In this document: in pieces, positions 35,136 to 48,010 of the stretch
Layout: each line of letters starts with the position of its first letter
Position numbering within the stretch: position 1 is the stretch's first letter
NCBI GenBank assembly: GCA_964016885.1
Contig: OZ024756.1
Coordinates: 8,308,001-8,372,000, forward strand
Direction: 5' to 3'
From: Eledone cirrhosa
Taxonomy: Eukaryota
DNA length: 64,000 bases
Program-made: the position numbers and the translations under genes
Notes under the pieces: model-generated
The model's database searches: none
The model's input: the letters and a program-made list of their open reading frames with translations, nothing else
Told to the model about the DNA's origin: nothing

Positions 35136-37382
35136 AAAGGAAGAATCAACTCCAGTACTCAACTGGTACTTTATTCTATCCATCTCGAAAGGAAGAATCA
35201 ACCCCAGTACTCGACTGGTACTTTATTCTATCAATCTCGAAAGGAAGAATCAACCCCAGTACTCAACTGGTACTTTATTCTATCCACCTCGAAAGGAAGA
35301 ATCAACCCCAGTACTCAACTGGTACTTTATTCTATCAACCTCGAAAGGAAGAATCAACCCCAGTACTCAACTGGTACTTTATTCTATCCACCTTGAAAGG
35401 AAGAATCAACCCCAGTACTCAACTGGTACTTTATTCTATCAACCTCGAAAGGAAGAATCAACCCCAGTACTCAACTGGTACTTTATTCTATCCACCTTGA
35501 AAGGAAGAATCAACCCCAGTACTCAACTGGTACTTTATTCTATCCATCTCGAAAGGAAGAATCAACCCCAGTACTCGACTGGTACTTTATTCTATCAACC
35601 TCGAAAGGAAGAATCGACCCCAGTACTCAACTGGTACTTTATTCTATCAACCTCGAAAGGAAGAATCAACCCCAGTACTCAACTGGTACTTTATTCTATC
35701 AACCTTGAAAGGAAGAATCAACCCCAGTACTCAACTGGTACTTTATTCTATCCATCTCGAAAGGAAGAATCAACCCCAGTACTCAACTGGTACTTTATTC
35801 TATCAACCTCGAAAGGAAGAATCAACCCCAGTACTCGACTGGTACTTTATTCTATCAACCACGAAAGGAAGAATCGACCCCAGTACTCGACTGGTACTTT
35901 ATTCTATCAACCACGAAAGGAAGAATCGACCCCAGTACTCAACTGGTACTTTATTCTATCAACCTCGAAAGGAAGAATCAACCCCAGTACTCAACTGGTA
36001 CTTTATTCTATCCATCTCGAAAGGAAGAATCGACCCCAGTACTCGACTGGTACTTTATTCTATCAACCTCAAAAGGAAGAATCAACCCCAGTACTCAACT
36101 GGTATTTTATTCTATCAACCTCGAAAGGAAGAATCAACCCCAGTACTCGACTGGTACTTTATTCTATCAACCACGAAAGGAAGAATCAACCCCAGTACTC
36201 AACTGGTACTTTATTCTATCAACCTCAAAAGGAAGAATCAACCCCAGTACTCAACTGGTACTTTATTCTATCAACCTCGAAAGGAAGAATCAACCCCAGT
36301 ACTCGACTGGTACTTTATTCTATCAACCACGAAAGGAAGAATCAACCCCAGTACTCAACTGGTACTTTATTCTATCAACCTCGAAAGGAAGAATCAACCC
36401 CAGTACTCAACTGGTACTTTATTCTATCCATCTCGAAAGGAAGAATCAACCCCAGTACTCAACTGGTACTTTATTCTATCCATCTCGAAAGGAAGAATCA
36501 ACCCCAGTACTCAACTGGTACTTTATTCTATCAACCTCGAAAGGAAGAATCAACCCCAGTACTCGACTGGTACTTTATTCTATCCACCTCGAAAGGAAGA
36601 ATCAACCCCAGTACTCGACTGGTACTTTATTCTATCCACCTTGAAAGGAAGAATCAACCCCAGTACTCAACTGGTACTTTATTCTATCAACCACGAAAGG
36701 AAGAATCAACCCCAGTACTCAACTGGTACTTTATTCTATCAACCTCGAAAGGAAGAATCGACCCCAGTACTCAACTGGTACTTTATTCTATCAACCTCGA
36801 AAGGAAGAATCAACCCCAGTACTCAACTGGTACTTTATTCTATCCATCTCGAAAGGAAGAATCAACCCCAGTACTCAACTGGTACTTTATTCTATCAACC
36901 TCGAAAGGAAGAATCGACCCCAGTACTCGACTGGTACTTTATTCTATCAACCTCGAAAGGAAGAATCAACCCCAGTACTCGACTGGTACTTTATTCTATC
37001 AACCACGAAAGGAAGAATCGACCCCAGTACTCGACTGGTACTTTATTCTATCAACCACGAAAGGAAGAATCGACCCCAGTACTCAACTGGTACTTTATTC
37101 TATCAACCTCGAAAGGAAGAATCAACCCCAGTACTCAACTGGTACTTTATTCTATCAACCTCAAAAGGAAGAATCAACCCCAGTACTCAACTGGTACTTT
37201 ATTCTATCAACCTCGAAAGGAAGAATCAACCCCAGTACTCAACTGGTACTTTATTCTATCAACCTCAAAAGGAAGAATCAACCCCAGTACTCAACTGGTA
37301 CTTTATTCTATCAATCTCGAAAGGAAGAATCGACCCCAGTACTCAACTGGTACTTTATTCTATCAACCTCGAAAGGAAGAAT
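35136..37382. repeat. 52-bp minisatellite (about 43 copies) derived from the body of SINE family 1
   Basis: Unit AAGGAAGAATCAACCCCAGTACTCAACTGGTACTTTATTCTATCAACCTCGA matches the SINE segment ATCAACCCCAGTCCATTACTGGTACCTTATTTCATCAACCCC at about 31126-31168. Confidence 0.93.
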
Positions 37383-37393
37383 AAGGTACTTAC

Positions 37394-37597
37394 TTGAAGC
37401 ATCTTCAAATTTTGGCATCAATGCCGTGGTTAAGACTGGTTCCGGTAGTTCTCGTAGAAACTGTTTCAACAGACTAGCAACCACGTTTGGTTCATGTTCA
37501 TATAAGTATGCAGGTACTCCATTATTGTAAGCTTCTTTTAGCATCTGTACTTTGGATTTTACACCAGATATTCGATAAATTCCTTCACATAGCAAAC
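37394..37597 (-). CDS. RALBP1: RALBP1 coding exon 6, RhoGAP catalytic region (GLLCEGIYRISGVKSKVQMLKEAY...VASLLKQFLRELPEPVLT)
   Basis: Arginine-finger motif EGIYRxSG and LLKxFLRELPEP. AG/GT boundaries, 204 nt. Confidence 0.96.
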
Positions 37598-37754
37598 CTG
37601 TCAAAATAGGGTAAAATCATTTATTTACATTAAAAAATTGCAAATTAATTTTCTGCATCTTTTTATCTTAGTTAAAAAAAAAAAAAAAAGACTGGCAAAG
37701 TGAAAAAATGTACTGTTTATATGAAATGTTTATATTTATACATTCTTGTGTACC

Positions 37755-39597
37755 TTAGTTTGTGTATATACACTGCCATGTACTTTCACTTGTGTATATA
37801 TGCTGTTATACACACCTTCACTTGTGTATATATACTGCTATATACCTTCACTTGTGTATGTACACTGCTACACACCTTCACTTGTGTATATATACTGTTA
37901 TACACCTTCACTTGTGTATATATACTGTTATACACCTTCACTTGTGTATATATACTGTTATACACCTTCACTTGTGTATATATACTGTTATACATCTTCA
38001 CTTGTGTATATAATAATAATAATGAAATTATTGTGTACAGTGCTCAGGTGCACTTCAGCCCGTCAAAGGTGTATGTATAGTACATAGAATAATATACAAA
38101 TGTCAGGGAAGTGACTAGTGTATGAGTCATGATATACATGTGTGTATGTGTATGGAGGGGGAACATTAGGTGGTAGTGTTGGCGAATCTCGGGAAGCATG
38201 GAGGCCTTAAAGGATGCAGTGTCTCGACAGCCAACAACCGATGCAGGTAGTTTGTTCCATGTTTCAGCAAAAATGTTTCCGAAAGTCATGGGAACTGTGC
38301 TGTTTCCTGACTTTGTGGGCATGTCCACGTGTGTTAGACACGTGGAAATCAAAAAGGTACTCAGGGTTGTTGTTGGCAAGATGGTTAACAATTTTGTGGG
38401 TGTTTACCAAGTCAGTTGCCAGGCGTCGGAGCTTCAATGTCTGCTTCAAATATACTGCTACACACCTTCACTTGTGTATATACACTGTTATACACCTTCA
38501 CTTGTGTATATATACTGCTACACACCTCCACTTGTGTATATACTGCTACACACCTTCACTTGTGTATATATACTGCTACACACCTTCACTTGTGTATATA
38601 TACTGTTATACACCTTCACTTGTGTATATATACTGCTACACACCTTCACTTGTGAATATACACTGCTACACACCTTCACTTGTGTATATATATTGCTACA
38701 CACCTTCACTTGTGTATATATATTGCTACACACCTTCACTTGTGATATACACTGCTACACACCTTCACTTGTGATATACACTGCTACACACCTTCACTTG
38801 TGTATATATACTGCTACACACCTTCACTTGTGTATATACACTGTTATACACCTTCACTTGTGTATATATACTGCTACACACCTTCACTTGTGAATATACA
38901 CTGCTACACACCTTCACTTGTGTATATATATTGCTACACACCTTCACTTGTGTATATATATTGCTACACACCTTCACTTGTGATATACACTGCTACACAC
39001 CTTCACTTGTGTATATATACTGTTATACATCTTCACTTGTGTATATAATAATAATAATGAAATTATTGTGTAGTGCTCAGGTGCACTACAGCTCGTCAAA
39101 GGTGTATGTATAGTACATAGAATAATATACACACCTGTTATACACACCTTCACTTGTGTATATATACTGCTATATACCTTCATTTGTGTATGTACACTGC
39201 TACACACCTTCACTTGTGTGTATATACTGTTATACACCTTCACTTGTGTATATACACTGCTACACACCTTCACTTGTGTATATATACTGTTATACACCTT
39301 CACTTGTGTATATACACTGTTATACACCTTCACTTGTGTATATACACTGTTATACACCTTCACTTGTGTATATACACTGTTATACACCTTCACTTGTGTA
39401 TATACACTGCTACACACCTTCACTTGTGTGTATACACTGCTACACACCTTCACTTGTGTATATATACTGTTATACACCTTCACTTGTGTATATATACTGT
39501 TATACACCTTCACTTGTGTATATACACTGTTATACACCGTCACTTGTGTATATACACTGTTATACACCTTCACTTGTGTATATATACTGCTACACAT
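37755..39597. repeat. 30-bp minisatellite (TACACACCTTCACTTGTGTATATATACTGY) in three blocks, interrupted by CR1-like pieces
   Basis: Direct periodicity. Confidence 0.92.
38011..38450 (-). mobile_element. 5'-truncated CR1/L2-group LINE 3' fragment with an (ATT)n tail; the terminal 85 bp or so recur at 39045-39130
   Basis: Minus-strand peptides LRRLATDL...NTRGHAHKV and WNKLPASVV...SFK are typical C-terminal motifs of CR1-group RTs; frameshifted. Confidence 0.75.
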
Positions 39598-40139
39598 CTC
39601 ATTTCTACAGCTGAGTAAACTGGAGCAATGTGAAATAAAGTGTCTTGCTCAAGGAAACAACACATCACCCTTGTATATATTTGTTATAAGAACAGATTAA
39701 ATTTAAGCAAAGATCGCTGCTTTCAACATTAACGGGATCTTCTGAAACTAAAAAATTTAATCTGTGAACGCAGAAGTAAATATTTCGAGATATGTTGCAA
39801 CCGAAGGAAAACAGGAAGACGATATTTTGGTTCGTGAAGACGTTCCCTGGCAATACACGGAAAAAAAGCGAGGATAATACGTCGTTATGTGGAGCGAGAA
39901 GAACAATTTCATGCAAAGACAAGACCAAGTTTATGGTATAAATGGAGTCGTTAGACTAATGTTCTATTTAAAATATCCGAATGATTTCCAGCCCCGAAGT
40001 TTAAGAATGATGTAAATAAAATTGAAAACGAAAATGACAGGTTATTAAAATAGTAAAAGTAAATAGTGAAGATTTAGGCCAGTACATACGTATACGCCGA
40101 CGGACATACACATACATATACATACGCGCACACAAATAC

Positions 40140-40598
40140 ATACACACAAACACACGCACGCACGTGTGTGTGTAAACCTTATGCATTTCTACAGTATTTT
40201 CACCAAACTTAAGACATAGGTTACTTATGTACTCCAGATGGTCATGAGCACTTTCATTTTTCCAGATTATAGGGCCTCCCGGCAGATAACCCCCTTTAAT
40301 CACTTCCTTGGAGTCGACTGAAGCACTGCAGTGCAATGCAACAAAACATCATAACTTCTGGAGTTCGCAACCGATTTTCACAAAACTTGACACATGGGCT
40401 ACATTTGTTCCACAGATGAATGTGAACTCTCAGAATTGGCACATATTGAGTAGGGGATCCCTGGGGGCAGGAACCCCCTTTTGGAAAAAGCTGATGATTT
40501 TGTAAAGGTATAGTTTTCGAAGCAGCACTGAAGTATTGATATAAATGGTATACATAACTGCTATTTAATACCTGAGCAATGCCAGGTACCTCTGCTAG
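40140..40598 (+). mobile_element. Helitron-like non-autonomous element (3' end defined, 5' end uncertain)
   Basis: Hairpin CCTGAGCAATGCCAGG then CTAG|T, the same layout as 53217-53244. Confidence 0.5.
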
Positions 40599-40912
40599 TT
40601 TTAAATAAAACCACCATCTCACATCTATTAGTATGGAAAATAGAAAACAGATATAAGACATTTGAGATAAAACAAAGTTCTATAAGAGTGTGTTGTAGTT
40701 TACTTGAAGTATTGTATAAAGCAACAATCGTAGTCCACGGACCACTGGTGGTCCAAGAGAAAATTTTGGTGGTCTGCAGAAAAATGTGGACATTATTTGC
40801 AATTTTTATGTTTTATTAATAATAAAACAAAAATAATATTTGGTTAAAATATATTTTATAAACACCCCTAAAAGATGTTTCTCCTCAGTAAAGAACTAAC
40901 ATCCATGAAAGA

Positions 40913-41223
40913 ATTTTACACCTATGTATCACCTATTGACAATATGACACAGGTACACTTCAGTATTGTTTAATAAAATGGAAGTTCTCTGATCATTATT
41001 TTACACCTATATATCACCTATTGACAATATGACACAGGTACACTTCAGTATTGTTTAATAAAATGGAAGTTCTCTGATCATTATTTTACACCTATATATC
41101 ACCTATTGACAATATGACACAGGTACACTTCAGTATTGTTTAATAAAATGGAAGTTCTCTGATCATTATTTTACACCTATATATCACCTATTGACAATAT
41201 GACACAGGTACACTTCAGTATTG
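40913..41223. repeat. 85-bp tandem repeat (about 3.6 copies) inside a possible hAT-like MITE (about 40730-41318)
   Basis: Direct periodicity; flanks carry repeated GTGGTC motifs and an AAAAGGTTGGCAAC end. Confidence 0.75.
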
Positions 41224-41455
41224 TCTCAAACATTGACCATTAATCCATATTAGTGGTCTGCGGGATTTAACACTATGAATTTAGTGGTCTGTGAAGCCCA
41301 AAAGGTTGGCAACTGATGGTGTAAAGTGTAGAGAAGAAGTGGGTTTTTCAGATTAGAAAATGGCAACATAAGTATAACACTAGATATCCTGCGCTGAATT
41401 AGTTTAAAATTTTTTCATTTGATAAAAGGATTTTATCCCAAGATATCAAAGACTA

Positions 41456-42463
41456 TTAACCCTTTAGCATTTAAACCAGCTGTATCCGGCCAGAATTCTT
41501 TCACCACTTTCTGTTCAAACCAGCTATAACTGGCTGCTCATACTGATCTTAAGGTATTGTTCTCAAAATAAATAATATCAAAATTTCATAGATTTGATAT
41601 TACTGTGAAAATACAATAGTATATATAGGGTAAAGTAAATAAATATTATGTGAGGTGTTATGTGAGGTAAAGCCTTTACTGTGAAAATACAATAGTATAT
41701 ATAGAGTAATGTAAATGTTATGTGAGGTATTATGTGAGGTAAAGCCTTTACTGTGAAAATACAAGAGTATATATAGAGTAAAGTAAATAAATGTTATGTG
41801 AGGTGTTATGTGAGGTAAAGCGTTTACTGTGAAAATACAATAGTATATATAGAGTAATGTAAATGTTATGTGAGATATTATGTGAGGTAAAGCCTTTACT
41901 GTGATAATACAATTGTATATATAGAGTAATGTAAATGTTATGTGAGATATTATGTAAGGTAAAGCCTTTACTTTGAAAATACAATAGTATATATAGAGTA
42001 AAGTAAATGTTATGTAAGATATTATGTGGGATAAAGCCTTTACTGTGAAAATACAATAGTATATATAGAGTAATGTAAATGTTATGTGAGATATTATGTG
42101 AGGTAAAGCCTTTACTGTGAAAATACAATAATATATATAGGGTAATGTTAATGTTATGTGAGATATTATGTGAGGTAAAGCCTTTACTGTGAAAATACAA
42201 TAGTATATATAGAGTAATGTAAATGTTATGTGAGATATTATGTGAGGTAAAGCCTTTACTGTGAAAATACAATAGTATATATAGAGTAATGTAAATATTA
42301 TGCGAGATATTATGTGAGGTAAAGCCTTTACTGTGAAAATACAATAGTATTTTCACAGTAAAGTCTTTGTTATCATTATGAGCAGCCGGTTACAGCCAGT
42401 TTGAACAGAAAGAGGTGAGAGAATTCTGTCCGGATACATCCGGTTTAAATACTAATGGATTAA
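41456..42463. mobile_element. TTAA MITE family B derivative with about 90-bp inverted ends and an internal 72-bp tandem array (about 10 copies, 41600-42350)
   Basis: Left end TTAACCCTTTAGCATTTAAACC; 42376-42463 is the approximate reverse complement of the left end; the 72-bp unit matches the interior of the monomer at 52081-52296. Confidence 0.75.
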
Positions 42464-42720
42464 ACGACTTTCCTCATCCTCCTAAATTGTGGGCTTATAT
42501 CTAAATCCGAAGCCACGACGTTGCTCCAGTATACTCAGCTGAAAATGAGTACCAGTAATAGCTGGAGGTTTAACCCTGCGATGGACTGGCGCCCTGTCCA
42601 GGAGTCTTCTGGCTTAAGACAGACTTTAGACTTAGACTGACCTATTTGCATTGCTGTCGCCTGCCAATAAAGTAAAAATACAATATTTTATTTTTAAAAA
42701 TCATATAATGGTAGACTAAC

Positions 42721-42870
42721 CATGTTCCTCTATATAATCAATACATTCTCTAAATATAGCAGGCAGTTCAATACCATCATGGCATTTACTTCTTTCCACA
42801 GCAACCGTTAAAGGAACTCCAAAAACAGGTTTCTCACATATGTTTCCTGATTGTTGTACAGCACCAGCTT
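42721..42870 (-). CDS. RALBP1: RALBP1 coding exon 5, start of RhoGAP (KPVFGVPLTVAVERSKCHDGIELPAIFRECIDYIEEH)
   Basis: Close match to RLIP76 KPIFGIPL..AVER...DGIRLPAVFRECIDY. AG/GT boundaries, 150 nt. Confidence 0.96.
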
Positions 42871-43300
42871 CTGAAAAGGAAAATGTCAGAATGAAGAAAA
42901 ATATTTTAATTCCAAGATGATAAATAACCAGGCAAAGTCTTAAATTTTTATGGCAATCACCATCATTATTATCATCATTTAATGTCCTCTAGCATCATCA
43001 TCGTTGTTTTAAAGTCTGCAAGCAAGTTTACATGATAAACACATCCAGTACACTCTGTAAAGTGGTTAGTGATAGGAAGGGAATCCAGCCATAGAAAGAC
43101 TGCCAAACAAAAGGTCAGGAGGAGTCTTGAGCTGTGTGGTAGACATAACAACCTCCTTAGTGACAGTACCATAATAAAATACATGTTTTGTAAGTGAGAA
43201 GCTGGCCCTTGGCCCATCTGAGCACTCAGTAGAGTGTGGTGTGAAATGTACAATGTTGCAGGGAAGTAAATGCAAAGGATATCTGATGGATGTTTCAATA

Positions 43301-45506
43301 TTAACCTCTCCAGTGCCACAGACGAGATAACTTATCCTAACATGAATGTATTCCAGTGCCACAGACAAGATAACTTGTCCTAACATGAATGTATTCCAGT
43401 GCCACAGACAAGATAACTTATCCTAACATGAATGTATTCCAGTGCCAGAGACGAGATAACTTATCCTAACATGAATGTATTCCAGTGCCACAGACAAGAT
43501 AACTTGTCCTAACATGAATGTATTTCAGTGCCACAGACGAGATAACTTGTCCTAACATGAATGTATTCCAGTGCCACAGACGAGATAACTTGTCCTAACA
43601 TGAATGTATTCCAGTGCCACAGACAAGATAACTTGTCCTAACATGAATGTATTCCAGTGCCACAGACGAGATAACTTGTCCTAACATGAATGTATTCCAG
43701 TGCCACAGACGAGATAACTTGTCCTAACATGAATGTATTCCAGTGCCACAGACGAGATAACTTGTCCTAACATGAATGTATTCCAGTGCCACAGACAAGA
43801 TAACTTGTCCTAACATGAATGTATTCCAGTGCCACAGACGAGATAACTTGTCCTAACATGAATGTATTCCAGTGCCACAGACGAGATAACTTGTCCTAAC
43901 ATGAATGTATTCCAGTGCCACAGACAAGATAACTTGTCCTAACATGAATGTATTCCAGTGCCACAGACAAGATAACTTGTCCTAACATGAATGTATTCCA
44001 GTGCCACAGATGAGATAACTTGTCCTAACATGAATGTATTCCAGTGCCACAGACAAGATAACTTGTCCTAACATGAATGTATTCCAGTGCCACAGACGAG
44101 ATAACTTGTCCTAACATGAATGTATTCCAGTGCCACAGACAAGATAACTTGTCCTAACAAGAATGTATTCCAGTGCCACAGACAAGATAACTTGTCCTAA
44201 CATGAATGTATTCCAGTGCCACAGACAAGATAACTTGTCCTAACATGAATGTATTCCAGTGCCACAGACAAGATAACTTGTCCTAACATGAATGTATTCC
44301 AGTGCCACAGACAAGATAACTTGTCCTAACATGAATGTATTCCAGTGCCACAGACAAGATAACTTGTCCTAACATGAATGTATTCCAGTGCCAGAGACGA
44401 GATAACTTGTCCTAACATGAATGTATTCCAGTGCCACAGACAAGATAACTTGTCCTAACATGAATGTATTCCAGTGCCACAGATGAGATAACTTGTCCTA
44501 ACATGAATGTATTCCAGTGCCACAGATGAGATAACTTGTCCTAACATGAATGTATTCCAGTGCCACAGACAAGATAACTTGTCCTAACATGAATGTATTC
44601 CAGTGCCACAGATGAGATAACTTGTCCTAACATGAATGTATTCCAGTGCCACAGACGAGATAACTTGTCCTAACATGAATGTATTCCAGTGCCACAGATG
44701 AGATAACTTGTCCTAACATGAATGTATTCCAGTGCCACAGACAAGATAACTTGTCCTAACATGAATGTATTCCAGTGCCACAGATGAGATAACTTGTCCT
44801 AACATGAATGTATTCCAGTGCCACAGATGAGATAACTTGTCCTAACATGAATGTATTCCAGTGCCACAGATGAGATAACTTGTCCTAACATGAATGTATT
44901 CCAGTGCCACAGACAAGATAACTTGTCCTAACATGAATGTATTCCAGTGCCACAGATGAGATAACTTGTCCTAACATGAATGTATTCCAGTGCCACAGAT
45001 GAGATAACTTGTCCTAACATGAATGTATTCCAGTGCCACAGACAAGATAACTTGTCCTAACATGAATGTATTCCAGTGCCACAGATGAGATAACTTGTCC
45101 TAACATGAATGTATTCCAGTGCCACAGACAAGATAACTTGTCCTAACATGAATGTATTCCAGTGCCACAGATGAGATAACTTGTCCTAACATGAATGTAT
45201 TCCAGTGCCACAGACAAGATAACTTGTCCTAACATGAATGTATTCCAGTGCCACAGACAAGATAACTTGTCCTAACATGAATGTATTCCAGTGCCAGAGA
45301 CGAGATAACTTGTCCTAACATGAATGTATTCCAGTGCCACAGACAAGATAACTTGTCCTAACATGTTTAAACTTGTTCATAACAAAGTTAGATGGGGTTA
45401 CTAGTCTATTGATGAGACGTTTGTCAATCGAAAATTTTTTACTGGAAAAAAACCCAGCACACCAACTGTAGCTGTGTAAAATATACGCGGCAGGCCAACA
45501 GGTTAA
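43301..45506 (-). mobile_element. TTAA element family A (piggyBac-like) with a 43-bp subterminal unit expanded to about 48 copies (43310-45365), inserted in an RTE remnant
   Basis: TTAA at both ends; unit CCAGTGCCACAGACRAGATAACTTGTCCTAACATGAATGTATT. Removing the element rejoins RTE C-terminal coding sequence. Confidence 0.8.
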
Positions 45507-45812
45507 TGTGTATCAACAACAAAGCATGGATGAGCTGAGAGAAAAACTGGGTATAATAGGAATCAGATGTAGTATCAGAAGAGAAAACTGAATTGGTATG
45601 GACATGTAATCCATATGGTTGATGATTACTGGGTAAAGAAAGTGGAAGGAAGCTGCAGTAGAGGAAGACTAAGGAAGATCTGGGTAGAGATGGTGAGAGC
45701 TGATCACTGAAGTTTACAGAGGAGACGACAAAGGAACGCAATGAGTAGAGGGAAGCTGTGAAGGAAAAGACCCGTCTAATCCATGCAAGGATGGAAAATG
45801 ATGATGATGATT
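45507..45812 (+). pseudogene. Decayed RTE-like 3' end
   Basis: Reads QQSMDELREKLGIIGIRC...WYGHV and ends CCATGCAAGGATGGAAA followed by (ATG)n. Confidence 0.7.
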
Positions 45813-46020
45813 TCTACTACCTTCTGGCTTAAGACACAAGGCCAGCAATTTGGGGAGAGGGGAAGTCAATTAAATCATCCCCAGTACATTACTGGTACTT
45901 TATTTTATTGACCCCGTAATGATGAAAGGCAAAGCTAACCTCTGTGGGATTTGAACTCAGAATGTAATGGGCCATAACACTATGCCATAAAACATTGACC
46001 CTGCCAATCCACCGCCCCTT

Positions 46021-46224
46021 TGATGACAATAATAATAATGGTGATGGTGATGATGGTGTTGATGGTAGTGATAGTGATGGTGATGATGGTGATGGTGGTG
46101 GTGATGATGATGATGGTGATGATGATGGTGATGATGGAGATGGTGTTGGTGGTAATGATTGTGATGGTGGTGGTAATGATGGTGGTGGTGGTGATGGTGA
46201 TGATGATGGTGGTGGTGGTGATGG

Positions 46225-46257
<33 letters not shown>

Positions 46258-46363
46258 TGGTGGTGATGGTGATGATGGTGGTGATCGTAATGGTTTTGGT
46301 GGTGGTGATGGTAATGATGATGGTCGTGATGGTAATGATGATGATGGTGATAATGATGGTGAT
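46021..46363. repeat. Compound (GAT/GGT)n trinucleotide tract next to the exon 4 splice donor
   Basis: Direct. Confidence 0.95.
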
Positions 46364-46371
46364 AGACTCAC

Positions 46372-46495
46372 CAGAAAATCCTATGTGAAAATCCTGACGT
46401 TTAGATTTCTTCTTGTCTTTCAATTTATATTTTACACGTTTCGTTTCTTTTTCGTCTTTCTTCTTCTCTTCTTTTCGTCCTTCTTTCTTTTCTTC
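46372..46495 (-). CDS. RALBP1: RALBP1 coding exon 4, Lys/Glu-rich (EEKKEGRKEEKKKDEKETKRVKYKLKDKKKSKRQDFHIGFS)
   Basis: AG acceptor and GTGAGT donor, 124 nt, phase links exons 3 and 5; composition fits the RLIP76 basic region. Confidence 0.85.
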
Positions 46496-46697
46496 CTGAA
46501 ACAGTTAACATATCAAACATTTATTCTCCACCAGAAAAGTACAATACTTTAATATTCCGAAAGTACGAAACTTTAATATTCCGGAAGTACAACGGGGAAA
46601 ACACTTAACATGAGCAAAATAAAAATATCTCTAAACTGTATGTATGAACGTACGTAATGTACCCCTAGGATTCGCGGAATTTTCCTTGGAACCTAAC

Positions 46698-47115
46698 TAA
46701 ATAATTGTTTCTACTTTTGGCACAAGGCCATCAATTACCCAGTACATTACTGGTACTTTATTTTATCGACCCCGTAAGGATGAAAGGCAAAGTTAACCTC
46801 GGTGGGATTTGAACTCAGATCGTAAAGGGACGTAACTATGCTGGAAAGCATGGCGTCCGACCCTCTACCGATACTGCCAATCCACCACCCTAACTAAAGT
46901 TAACCTCGGTGGGATTTGAGCTCAGACCGCAAAGGGACGTAACTATGCTGGAAAGCATGGCGTCCGACCCTCTACCGATACTGCCAATCCACCACCTATC
47001 CACCAACCTAACTAAAGTTAACCTCGGTGGGATTTGAACTCAGACCGCAGAGGGACGTTACTATGCTGGAAAGCATGGCGTCCGACCCTCTACCGATACT
47101 GCCAATCCACCACCC
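46698..47115 (-). mobile_element. SINE family 1 with a triplicated tRNA-like head and target-site duplication CCTAACTAAATAATTGTT
   Basis: Three tandem copies of AAAGTTAACCTCGGTGGGATTTGA...CCGATACTGCCAATCCACC; direct repeat at about 46692 and about 47114. Confidence 0.8.
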
Positions 47116-47953
47116 TAACTAAATAATTGTTCGTAGAAACCACCGCTTATTCCCGGAATTGTAAATATATTCCACAATTTTTTTATGGCTTTTTTTTGTG
47201 GCAATATATATTTTTTTAACACTAAATTATTAATAACAATATACCGTATTTGCCGGCCTGTTGGACGCTCCTTCGCATAAGACTCTCCCTCTTTTTTTTA
47301 TTATATTTCATATTTTATGTTATATTTTGAAGTTTATAGGCATTTTAATAGACCACGTCCAATATCCGCGTTTTTTTCACTCTTCACAGGTGCTCAAGGA
47401 ACGTAAACCCGCACAAATGCCAGGGGACTACTGCATATATGTGTGTATGTTCCAATAACTCCAGGTGGAGTTGTAAGTATGCCATAGTGACATACAGTGT
47501 TTCTTGGGCATTTTTAAGCCTGGTGGATCTCATCCCTCTCCAGGCTGAGTACAGCAGATTTCATCCAGTAAAGGATAGAAAATGAGATAGAATGGAAGTA
47601 AGAAATATAGAGGAATGTTTTTCAAGTAGCTGGCTCGTGTTTGTGTGTAATTGTATAGACGTACATTTATTTATTTATATGTTATTTTTGTTTATTACAT
47701 TTTTTTTCTTGTAATGCTCGGGATAAGTGCATCTGTTAAATTCTAGGCCAGTGTTTGGTCATTCAACAGGCTTGTTTGGGTCTGGCTGGTTTGACCACAG
47801 ATTTGATGTGATCTTTGTTGTGTTAACACTAGTCTAAGAATTAGGCTACTTGGGTGTCTGGTCTAGGGTGCCAACCCAGATCACGAGCCAGCTGCTTGAG
47901 AAACATTTGTAACCAGGACTGAGCAATAAAGATATGTAACACCTCCACTTTGT

Positions 47954-48010
<57 letters not shown>

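Noticed and set aside
35497-37530. 677- and 559-aa ORFs
   Set aside because: Stop-free 52-bp SINE-derived minisatellite, antisense to RALBP1.
39680-40000. Coding-looking unique stretch
   Set aside because: No recognisable motif, stops in the frame I translated, and it is not needed for RALBP1 phase continuity.
45889-46552. Pro/Ser-, Thr/Ile-, Gly/Asp- and Met/Val-rich ORFs
   Set aside because: A trinucleotide tract read in several frames; only 46372-46495 (-) is supported as an exon.
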